The translations under genes were made by a program, and so were the position numbers. From a virus, in the IMG/VR virus record IMGVR_UViG_3300010883_024574, positions 22,249 through 86,248 of that record: a stretch of 64,000 nucleotides of DNA, one strand, 5' to 3'. The number at the start of each line of letters is the position of its first letter. Position 1 is the stretch's first letter. Of this stretch, positions 1-7,989 are shown piece by piece. The notes under the pieces are model-generated. The model had not been told where the DNA came from. It saw nothing but the letters and a program-made list of their open reading frames with translations, and made no database searches.

Positions 1-1
1 C

Positions 2-109
2 CCGGTGAAGGTTGTTAGGACGGCTATTGAAAATGCTGCCTCTGCAAGTGGTACGCTTTTAACCACAGAGGTTGTAATTTATGAGTCGAATCAAACCGAT
101 GTAGATTAA
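2..109 (+). CDS. groEL: 3' end of a chaperonin GroEL paralogue (partial, not in ORF track)
   Basis: Frame 2 reads PVKVVRTAIENAASASGTLLTTEVVIYESNQTDVD*, matching the GroEL C-terminal DPxKVxRxALxNAAS...LxTE motif. Confidence 0.9.
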   Translation, partial: PVKVVRTAIENAASASGTLLTTEVVIYESNQTDVD

Positions 110-121
110 TTTTTTAATTTA

Positions 122-138
122 GTTTTTACATCAACTAC
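122..138 (+). promoter_or_regulatory. Conserved 17-bp intergenic motif, copy 1 (putative early/middle promoter or operator)
   Basis: GTTTTTACATCAACTAC; 15/17 identical to 16809-16825; upstream of ORF 176. Confidence 0.5.
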
Positions 139-175
139 CTAGCGATAAGGCCAGGTTTGCCTAATAGGAGAGAAT

Positions 176-445
176 ATGTCTAATGCTGAAAGTAACCCTC
201 ATTTGGAGGTTGTTCCAGAGGAAAAACCTTTGACTAAAGATGAGATTCTAAACTACCTCATAGCGATTGGGGTCAACACCTGCAACAGAGGTTATGATGC
301 CGCTCAAAAGGAAATGAGGAAAGGCTTTTTAGCCATGCCTCTGAAAGAGATTGCTCCAACATGGGATCATCTTGAGGATCAGATTAAGGTTGCTGTTATT
401 ACAGAACATGCAGAGGAATTTAAAGCATGGGTAAATGGTGGATAA
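176..445 (+). CDS. hypothetical protein
   Basis: 89-aa ORF with AGGAG RBS. Confidence 0.75.
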   Translation: MSNAESNPHLEVVPEEKPLTKDEILNYLIAIGVNTCNRGYDAAQKEMRKGFLAMPLKEIAPTWDHLEDQIKVAVITEHAEEFKAWVNGG

Positions 446-447
446 AT

Positions 448-1347
448 ATGTTAGAAAAACTTTTTAATAAGCCACCGTCGATAACAAAGGCTAAAGATAT
501 ACTTGTATCCAACGGTTTGAGCCATATCTTTGGGCAAACCTACAATATTTCCGAGGCTACAAAGAAGATGAGAAGTGCAATACTTTCTTATCCAGAAATC
601 TTATCAGATCACTTTGGATCGATTAATAACAATGCAGCTTTGAATCAAGTATTTGATACAGCAAATGAGCAAGAAGTTGATTTGTATAAAATTCCTTTTT
701 GGAAAAAGAAGCTTGACAAAATAGCTGCATCTTCTGATGAAAATTTGGTAGAACTTTGGAACGGCCATTCTAATCATATTGTTTCGGCTGCAAATATGGT
801 TCCAGACTTTGACTGGATAAAGCTATTTAAAGCTCTATCTGGGAGGCAAGATAGTAATAATTATATCAGACCCACCTATAGATCCGTTGTTGAAAGGTTT
901 GTAGAAACAAGTCCAGATAAGTTTAAGTCTCATGTAGAGACTTCTGTTTTCTTTGCAAAAGAAGCCCGGCCAGCTTACGCTATAAGAGGACTTATGTATG
1001 CTCAGTATGTTAAGGCAGGCTTTCTAACAAAGAAGACTGCAAGAAAGATTAGAAGTGATGGTAGCGAGGATTCTTCGATAACTGGCTTGAAGGCTTTGGT
1101 TAAGAACCTAGACCTTTATTCTAATTCTGACGAGCTACTCCTTCAGTTTACTGATTCAAAATATGAGCAGGTTGTATGCTATCTTGCTCAAGAGTTACCT
1201 GAGTATTTGTTAACGTCTATCATGGGTACTGAATTTTTTTGGGCAAAGAGAAAGATAGAGGATAGGCTTGAGGCTATAGAGAAAGAAAGAGAGGCTAACA
1301 AAAAGTTGGCAGACTCAACAGGTGAGACAGAAGGTCTGACAATTTAA
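448..1347 (+). CDS. hypothetical alpha-helical (HEAT-like) protein, paralogue of ORFs 12859 and 13590
   Basis: ATG 448 follows the previous stop; C-terminus FTDSKYEQVVCYLAQELPEYLLTSIMG...KRKIEDRL aligns by eye with the other two ORFs. Confidence 0.6.
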   Translation: MLEKLFNKPPSITKAKDILVSNGLSHIFGQTYNISEATKKMRSAILSYPEILSDHFGSINNNAALNQVFDTANEQEVDLYKIPFWKKKLDKIAASSDENLVELWNGHSNHIVSAANMVPDFDWIKLFKALSGRQDSNNYIRPTYRSVVERFVETSPDKFKSHVETSVFFAKEARPAYAIRGLMYAQYVKAGFLTKKTARKIRSDGSEDSSITGLKALVKNLDLYSNSDELLLQFTDSKYEQVVCYLAQELPEYLLTSIMGTEFFWAKRKIEDRLEAIEKEREANKKLADSTGETEGLTI

Positions 1348-1366
1348 AATAAATAAGGATTATAAA

Positions 1367-1636
1367 ATGGATAACTTTGCCTGGCTTGTTCAGCCTATAC
1401 ACCAAAACAAGCTAAAAGGCTTTAAGCTCGAAGACAACCCAGCGGTTAAGGATAGCTTAAAGATGAGTTTTGATGGATCAATAATGGCCGTCCTAAGAAA
1501 GAGGGTGGAAACTTACTATAAAGAACAGAAGGTATCTATGATCAGGCATGGATATGAGAAGATGCCAGATAAGATAAAAGTAGATGATGAGGAGTCTTTT
1601 TTTAAATATCTTGCGTATTTTGTTGATATAGATTAG
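1367..1636 (+). CDS. hypothetical protein
   Basis: 89-aa ORF with AAGGA RBS, followed by a terminator. Confidence 0.7.
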   Translation: MDNFAWLVQPIHQNKLKGFKLEDNPAVKDSLKMSFDGSIMAVLRKRVETYYKEQKVSMIRHGYEKMPDKIKVDDEESFFKYLAYFVDID

Positions 1637-1659
1637 TCCCTATAGATTATACAAACTTG

Positions 1660-1689
1660 AAGCCCGGCCATTATGGTCGGGTTTTTTTT
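1660..1689 (+). terminator. Rho-independent terminator
   Basis: AAGCCCGGCCA-TTA-TGGTCGGGTTT stem-loop followed by a T-run. Confidence 0.85.
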
Positions 1690-1707
1690 ATGCTAATAAT
1701 AAATATT
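1690..1707 (+). promoter_or_regulatory. putative late-promoter box CTAWTAA
   Basis: ATGCTAATAATAAATATT immediately after the terminator, at the head of the virion-like cluster; related boxes at 5941, 8375, 22941, 37186, 58697. Confidence 0.4.
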
Positions 1708-1731
1708 AGTTATGAAATTTAAGGACGTATA

Positions 1732-2142
1732 ATGCCAAATGTGATGTATAAAAAAGCAGAGATTGAAGATTCGGGATTAACAGACCCTAGAACTAATTTG
1801 CCTATTCGTATCTCTACCACTACAAGGATAAAGTATAGAAAATACTTTGACGAAAGATATACTCATAGAGATGTTTTGTACGACCTAAGCAATAGGCAGT
1901 TGAACGAGATAATAGCACAAGACTTTGCCGCTAGTGCCGATGGTGCTCTTCATATGTTTCTTTCTAAATCATCCAGCATAGACACGAAGAAAAGAGAGTG
2001 GATTGAAATAAGGCAAGTTTCTACTAGGCGAGCATTTAATTACTTCTTTTCAATTATCCGCCCGAATGGTATAGATATTCTTACTACTTCTACTAGGTAT
2101 GTTAGACCGAGAAAGCCTCGGTTGTTTGTTCCAAGTTTTTAA
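1732..2142 (+). CDS. hypothetical protein
   Basis: 136-aa ORF with AAGGA RBS; N-terminal YKKA motif. Confidence 0.7.
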   Translation: MPNVMYKKAEIEDSGLTDPRTNLPIRISTTTRIKYRKYFDERYTHRDVLYDLSNRQLNEIIAQDFAASADGALHMFLSKSSSIDTKKREWIEIRQVSTRRAFNYFFSIIRPNGIDILTTSTRYVRPRKPRLFVPSF

Positions 2143-2152
2143 GAGATAGGTT

Positions 2153-5100
2153 ATGTATAAAGGTTCCAGAATAAATACATTTTTTAAACTGCTTAAGATT
2201 GCTAGCGATAGCTTGGAGTCTAAGTTTGTAGCTTTTATGCTAAGGAATAGTTTTACAGACTTTGAGGCAGAAGACGAAGAAGAAGACTCTTTGGAGGAAT
2301 CTTTTTTAAAGCTGATGGAAGAAGCTGATGTTAATGATTTAAATCATGCTGGTGCAATTATATTTTGGATACTGAATGATAAGCTGCCAGAGCAAAAGCG
2401 CATCGGGTTTGCAGAGGACTTGTTCCATAAGTTGATAAGTGATAATTATTATGGTTTAAACAAACTCTCTGTTGCTTTAAGGCAGCTGGCTTCGGGAAGA
2501 TATGGCGGCAATAGTCAGTCAGTTTTTAATGCTATTATTACCTCTGGAAAATTTAAAGACGATTTGGACAGCAAGACTGATGGAGGGATAGACTATAATA
2601 ATTATGCTATTTTTAGCGCTGTAGAGTTAAAGCCATATTTCATAAATAAATATACTTCTGCAACAAACACTGTTTTTGATACACTTCTTTCAGATGAAGA
2701 CATAGGTTGGGAAGGGCCACAAGAGCTTGTAAAAGTTTTAGAAGCTGTGGCTCGCACAGAGGATGATGCTAAGAGAGCAATTTTTAATATAGTTAAAGAT
2801 AAAATATCTTTATTGGTGGATAAATTTGAAGAGATAAATTATATATATAACAAAGAAGCGATGATCGAAGTACTTTTGAACACATTTGAAGGGATGCTTG
2901 ATCAAGGCATATTGGAGAGATTAAATAAGCTTTTTGTCAAATCAGACAGAGTATCTCCAACTGGAGGAAAGCGAACAGAGCTATATGTTGAGGAGATTAA
3001 GGCGGCTGTAGCAAGAAGCGATTTGCATAGACTGTATGAACTGGATATAGATAGATACCTTCCAAGGTATGAGAGAAGTATGGTAGATCACATTATCGAA
3101 GGAGCATCGTCAGGCTCTCTTGGCTTTGTTGACGCTGAGTACATGGAAGAGAAGATTTTAAGAACATTCTTTTCTAAAGACTTGAATATAAAATTTCCAG
3201 AAATTTTTGATAAAGTAATTAGATTAGTTGTAAATAAAATGCCAAAGAAATTTTTAGGCATATCTAGTTGGTATAGAGCGCCAGATGGAATTCGATTGCA
3301 CGATCTCGACAAGGATCAAGGACAAAAAGATGAATTCTTAAAGGAGGCCCTTAGAGGCTTGCTGCTTGTTGACACTGGTGATTTTATAAGCCTTTTCGAT
3401 AGAGCCAAAGCAGACGGAACTGTTGAGATAGATACGGGGGTAGTTGTTTCCTTTGATACCTTCGACGGAATACTCAACGAAGCAGTTATGGACAGAGAGG
3501 CATTAGATAATATTAGTTCGGATAGTTTGGAGGTTTTATTTAGAAGTATTATTGGTCACTCAGACCCAGATATGGCGACTGCTATTAATATATTTGAAAA
3601 CTTAATGTCAAGAATGGATGAAGATGTTTGCGAGAAGATCATTGGTTCTTTGTATTATATGGAATCAGATCAACAAAAAGAGTTTTTTGGGAAAAAGATT
3701 GCAAAAGTAATTGACGAAAATATGGATAAACATTATAAGTGTTATATAAAAAATAGCTACAAGGTAAATAGACATTTGGATAAGGGTGTTTCAGACAGAA
3801 TGGACAGAAGAGCGTTGGAGGCAGTTATAGATGCCAAGGATAGCGTTACATACTTTGACCATTTTTATGACAATTACACCAGAGGATATAGGTATGCATT
3901 AATTCCCGAGCCTTTTAGAAATTCTATAAAAAGGCTTGAGAAGATTATAAATATAGATGATGCAAAAGAAATATACAGTAATTCACATAATGATATCGAA
4001 GTAGAGGTCACTTCAGGTTCTAGGATTAAATATTCTGGCTATCAAGACCAGCAGAGACCGGCAGAGCTAAGTGAAAACAACATACCCAGATATGAGTTAA
4101 CGCATGATAATATTGATCCTAATACTATTATGTATGATATAAATAAAAATCATGTTAGTGCTGCAGACTTTGTGATGCATGTAAATTTAGGAAGCTCTGG
4201 CTTCACAACTGCTTGGGCTCTTATCTCTTTCCCAGAGGATAAATTACTTATTGAGCAGATACAATCAGATTATCCAGTTGTATTAGATAGGATCTTTAAC
4301 AGGATGCCTCCAACCAAGAAGACATATAGTTCTATTTCTTACAAAGATAAGGAGACTGGAGCTAGGTTTGAATTAAATTATGACGAAGAAGGTGCTGGAG
4401 TTTTTCTTGATTTAAAAGGAAATATTAAGCCAAGCGAAAGAGAAGAGGCTAAAGAGCCTCTGGTAAGTCTCAAGGTGCGAGATAGTATGAATGGAGGCAT
4501 TTTACACATAATGTCTGATCAAGAGTTTAACTCATATAAAGATAGGGTTAAAGTTTTTGAGGAAATTATTAGCAATTGGGATTCAACCGAGGACAAAAAG
4601 ATAAAGGCCCAACAAGACGCGGGGGTTGTATACAGAGCAAGGTCTAAGAAGATTAGAACAGCACTTGATGACTTGGGGCTTATTCCCGCAGGTCTTTATG
4701 CCTTAAACGAAAACTATTCAGAAGAAGATCAGAAGGATGCAAAAAAACATATTGATATTATATCGCAAAACTATCCATATTTAATTGTTATAAACGCAAT
4801 GAAGACAGCTCAAAGGATGGATAAAGAGTTTATATATCTCTTAAAAGATGGCGGCGGATCTATACAAAATAGGCATAAAAGAAAGAAGATATATGTTGAT
4901 ATCCCTAATGCTTTGGGGGCAACTTCTGATAAAATTTTAGATTTAAATGTTTTTAAAATTTCTGCAACAGATGAAAGCATTGCAAAAGTAAAAGAAATGC
5001 TTCCAATAAGAAAGACTCATGGGTATGATTACTCGTTACTGCCTTCTCAGAATAGAGCTATAATACAGAGAAGACAGGATGAGACTAGAGAGGCTCGTCG

Positions 5101-5482
5101 CTCAGAACAAGACAAGCGAGACATACAGCTTAGTCGGGATCAGATAATGCCTGTGCTAAAACTGTTTGATGAGTATGGAGTAGAGGTGTCGTCAGAAGAG
5201 ATAGATCGCGTTGATACTGCCGGAGATCTCTTGAGGCTTATTGGCAAGTACAGGGGAGAGTTGAAGGGCGCTGGGGTAAGCAAGAGGCGGTTAAACAAAG
5301 TTCAATCGGAAGTTGCGCGACTAAGGCTTGCTGAAATTATAGAAGAATTTGGGCTCAAAAAGATTGGTATGGATAAAGCAATCCCTCTTTATAGTATGTT
5401 AATTAAATATGAACTAAATAAAGAAGCAGAAGAATTGTATAATATGTTTGAGAAAGTAATTGATAATAAAATCTATTATTAA
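2153..5482 (+). CDS. large hypothetical protein, probable virion/ejected protein
   Basis: 1109 aa; N-terminal LLKIAS motif; internal AWALIS...LLIEQIQSD motif; C-terminal helix resembling the shared module. Confidence 0.6.
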   Translation: MYKGSRINTFFKLLKIASDSLESKFVAFMLRNSFTDFEAEDEEEDSLEESFLKLMEEADVNDLNHAGAIIFWILNDKLPEQKRIGFAEDLFHKLISDNYYGLNKLSVALRQLASGRYGGNSQSVFNAIITSGKFKDDLDSKTDGGIDYNNYAIFSAVELKPYFINKYTSATNTVFDTLLSDEDIGWEGPQELVKVLEAVARTEDDAKRAIFNIVKDKISLLVDKFEEINYIYNKEAMIEVLLNTFEGMLDQGILERLNKLFVKSDRVSPTGGKRTELYVEEIKAAVARSDLHRLYELDIDRYLPRYERSMVDHIIEGASSGSLGFVDAEYMEEKILRTFFSKDLNIKFPEIFDKVIRLVVNKMPKKFLGISSWYRAPDGIRLHDLDKDQGQKDEFLKEALRGLLLVDTGDFISLFDRAKADGTVEIDTGVVVSFDTFDGILNEAVMDREALDNISSDSLEVLFRSIIGHSDPDMATAINIFENLMSRMDEDVCEKIIGSLYYMESDQQKEFFGKKIAKVIDENMDKHYKCYIKNSYKVNRHLDKGVSDRMDRRALEAVIDAKDSVTYFDHFYDNYTRGYRYALIPEPFRNSIKRLEKIINIDDAKEIYSNSHNDIEVEVTSGSRIKYSGYQDQQRPAELSENNIPRYELTHDNIDPNTIMYDINKNHVSAADFVMHVNLGSSGFTTAWALISFPEDKLLIEQIQSDYPVVLDRIFNRMPPTKKTYSSISYKDKETGARFELNYDEEGAGVFLDLKGNIKPSEREEAKEPLVSLKVRDSMNGGILHIMSDQEFNSYKDRVKVFEEIISNWDSTEDKKIKAQQDAGVVYRARSKKIRTALDDLGLIPAGLYALNENYSEEDQKDAKKHIDIISQNYPYLIVINAMKTAQRMDKEFIYLLKDGGGSIQNRHKRKKIYVDIPNALGATSDKILDLNVFKISATDESIAKVKEMLPIRKTHGYDYSLLPSQNRAIIQRRQDETREARRSEQDKRDIQLSRDQIMPVLKLFDEYGVEVSSEEIDRVDTAGDLLRLIGKYRGELKGAGVSKRRLNKVQSEVARLRLAEIIEEFGLKKIGMDKAIPLYSMLIKYELNKEAEELYNMFEKVIDNKIYY

Positions 5483-5495
5483 GAAGGAATAGAAT

Positions 5496-6593
5496 ATGAT
5501 TACGAAAGTAGCTCAACCTCCTTGGTGGCCCAAAGTTCTTTCTGGTATAAGAAAGATTACGAACCTTCCTCCGGAGGTGAGAGGTCTTATAGACGCCCCT
5601 CAGAGGCTCGTCTTTCATCAAGCGACTCCTGCCGGGGCAGATTCTATGGCAAAGGGGTATGTATCAACAGAGGATTCAGATGATGATGGCAACCTCGATA
5701 CAGTTAATTTGGTTGTTACAAATATGGAAAAGGAGATACCATCTGACCTGCTAACCGGAATAAATCAGATGGACGAAACAGATCCGAATTTTCAGGAAAT
5801 TGTATCTAATATAGCTAAGACTTTGGTTCATGAGTTAGCTCATATAGAAGACTATGATCCCGATAGAGGATTTGCAGGAGGAGAGCCTGTGGCAGAATCA
5901 AAAGAAAGGTCTTTTAATCCGATTTTTGCACATTCTACTACTAATAAAAATATTGGTAATGATAGTATTATCAAACTGAACTCTAAGGGAGAACTTAAAA
6001 TGACCAAAGACATAATTAAACTAGCTAATCATTTAGATCAAATTGGGCATAAAGATTTGGCAGACAGACTTGACTCCATCATCAAAGCTGCGCAAGAGCT
6101 TCCTTGGGAAGAGCAACCACCGGCACTGATAGATTTAGAGGTCGGAGAGAAACCTGCAAATGAGGTGGCAGAAGATTGTGGCGCAGAAGGCTGCATAACT
6201 GGTCCGACTGGCATTGTGTTTTCGCTGGGGCACAAGTGTTTTAAAGACAAAAAGGACCACAGCCTGGGCACGAAAGATTGTTATCAGATTGTAAGTACTG
6301 GTGATTCAAAGGCGGCTGGCATTGAACAGTGGGAAGGAATGTTTTTTAGTGGAGACCATAGGGCATTAATGCAAGAGCTTAGTAGTGCTAGAGAATGGGT
6401 CGCACAAAAGGAGAGAGCGAGTGGCGCTGAACAGCCAAATATGACCAATACTACTGGCTCTCCAGACCTTGTTGATGACTCAGATGATTATTTAGCAGCA
6501 GGTCAAACTACTCAAGATAAGATTAATAAGTTAGCAGAGTTAATGGCGGGCGAGTTAAGCTCGGGAACCCCAGGGTCTTTCTACCGTAGATAA
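5496..6593 (+). CDS. HExxH zinc-metallopeptidase-like protein carrying the LANHLD module
   Basis: TLVHELAHIED zincin motif; begins MITKVAQ; KLANHLDQIGHKDLADRLDSIIKAAQ follows an internal in-frame ATG at 6000. Confidence 0.6.
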   Translation: MITKVAQPPWWPKVLSGIRKITNLPPEVRGLIDAPQRLVFHQATPAGADSMAKGYVSTEDSDDDGNLDTVNLVVTNMEKEIPSDLLTGINQMDETDPNFQEIVSNIAKTLVHELAHIEDYDPDRGFAGGEPVAESKERSFNPIFAHSTTNKNIGNDSIIKLNSKGELKMTKDIIKLANHLDQIGHKDLADRLDSIIKAAQELPWEEQPPALIDLEVGEKPANEVAEDCGAEGCITGPTGIVFSLGHKCFKDKKDHSLGTKDCYQIVSTGDSKAAGIEQWEGMFFSGDHRALMQELSSAREWVAQKERASGAEQPNMTNTTGSPDLVDDSDDYLAAGQTTQDKINKLAELMAGELSSGTPGSFYRR

Positions 6594-6617
6594 TATAAGG
6601 ATATAAGGATAAATAAA

Positions 6618-7988
6618 ATGCAAAAAACACTTCAAGAAAGCCTCATTGGGCTGGCAAACCATTTAGATGATAAAGGTTACTTAAAACTTGCAGATCAAGT
6701 TGATTCCATTGTAAAGATGGCTCAGACTACCGATGATGATGATTCGGCAACCGATGATGATGATTCGGCAACAGATCCTAATGCAGCAGCAGCAACAGAT
6801 CCTAATGCAGCAGCAGCAACAGATCCTAATGCAGCAACAGATCCTAATGCAGCAGCAGATCCTAATGCAGCAGCAGATCCTAATGCAGCAGCAGATCCTA
6901 ATGCAGCAGCAGATCCTAATGCAGCAACAGCAACAGATCCTAATGCAGCAACAGATCCTAATGCAGCAACAGATCCTAATGCAGCAACAGATCCTAATGC
7001 AGCAGCAGCAACAACAGATCCTAATGCAGGTACAGGGTCCGCACCAACAATGACCGCAGAGAACTTTCATGAAGCAGGCCAGGGTTATGCAGATACTTAT
7101 TCAGAGCAATTGGTTGCAGCCAATGGAAAATGGGACTTTGTTCTCAAGGGATATGGCAACAGGGATTGGTTAGTAAAAGGGCCTAATGAAGTTTGGCTCT
7201 ATTCTCCAGGTATGTCAGGCACACCATCTAAGTTTACTGCTACTTATGCAAAGAGATATGCAAAACGACAGTTTGAGGGCAATCCGGATAAAGCGCCATT
7301 AAATTGGGATCAGATGGTGAAAAACCTAAACAGTCATACAGACAATGTTAAAGACGAAGGCCCTGGCTCTATAGTTTTTCAGGCTAGAGAGCCTCTTGCA
7401 GACGAGACAGATCCGGCTGGAAACCCGTGGGGTGAGGACGCTCAACAGGCAAGAGAAACAGCGTCTAGAGATTCTCATCAGACTGATGCAGAGAAGGCTA
7501 TTGCAAGAAGTCAAGCCCCAGCAGAAGAGGCAGATGAAACAGCAGCCGCAGCCGCCACAGCAGCGCCAGACGGTGAAGCATTGACTCGCAGCTTAAAAGC
7601 AGAGAACCAAAGAGCTTTTAGAACTGCTGCAAATAATATTCGCAGAGGACAGGTGTGGACCCAACGGAAGGCGATTGGCAAAGTAACTTTGCCTCACAAT
7701 AGTCCTGAAAAACGAAACGCAAAGGCAAGAGAGATATTATTATCAGCTGTTAACGAATTACCAGATGTTACAGACAAAGGTGCTGCGGTAGAAAGCATGT
7801 TTAACTATCTCGAAACCTGGCTGAGAGACCCCAATGCTGAAGCCGAAGTAGCTGAAGCACTCGACGGGTTACTTTCAGAGGACGGGTTACTTTCAGATGC
7901 AGAGTATCAAGGTTATAGAATAGAAAAGACAGCAGAAAAGCTTTCACAATTATTTAGCGTTCAAGACATACCATCCGTAAGGAGGTAA
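6618..7988 (+). CDS. hypothetical probable virion protein with N-terminal LANHLD module and DPNA repeats
   Basis: GLANHLDDKGYLKLADQVDSIVKMAQ then 13 DPNA units; C-terminal IEKTA motif. Confidence 0.7.
   Translation: MQKTLQESLIGLANHLDDKGYLKLADQVDSIVKMAQTTDDDDSATDDDDSATDPNAAAATDPNAAAATDPNAATDPNAAADPNAAADPNAAADPNAAADPNAATATDPNAATDPNAATDPNAATDPNAAAATTDPNAGTGSAPTMTAENFHEAGQGYADTYSEQLVAANGKWDFVLKGYGNRDWLVKGPNEVWLYSPGMSGTPSKFTATYAKRYAKRQFEGNPDKAPLNWDQMVKNLNSHTDNVKDEGPGSIVFQAREPLADETDPAGNPWGEDAQQARETASRDSHQTDAEKAIARSQAPAEEADETAAAAATAAPDGEALTRSLKAENQRAFRTAANNIRRGQVWTQRKAIGKVTLPHNSPEKRNAKAREILLSAVNELPDVTDKGAAVESMFNYLETWLRDPNAEAEVAEALDGLLSEDGLLSDAEYQGYRIEKTAEKLSQLFSVQDIPSVRR
6729..7028 (+). repeat. in-frame tandem repeat: 2x21 bp (TDDDDSA) plus 13x GATCCTAATGCA with variable GCA/ACA tails
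   Basis: Read directly; the DPNA core uses identical codons in every unit. Confidence 0.97.
7863..7898 (+). repeat. 18-bp tandem duplication (DGLLSE/DGLLSD)
   Basis: GACGGGTTACTTTCAGAG followed by GACGGGTTACTTTCAGAT. Confidence 0.9.
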
Positions 7989-7989
7989 T

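Noticed and set aside
6774-7028. CRISPR array or tRNA/ncRNA cluster
   Set aside because: There are no unique spacers and the unit lengths are multiples of three inside a CDS. No CRISPR array or tRNA was recognised anywhere in the window.
6681-7070. Poly-Cys (- strand) and poly-Gln (+ strand, alternative frame) ORFs
   Set aside because: They are shadow frames of the stop-free DPNA repeat.
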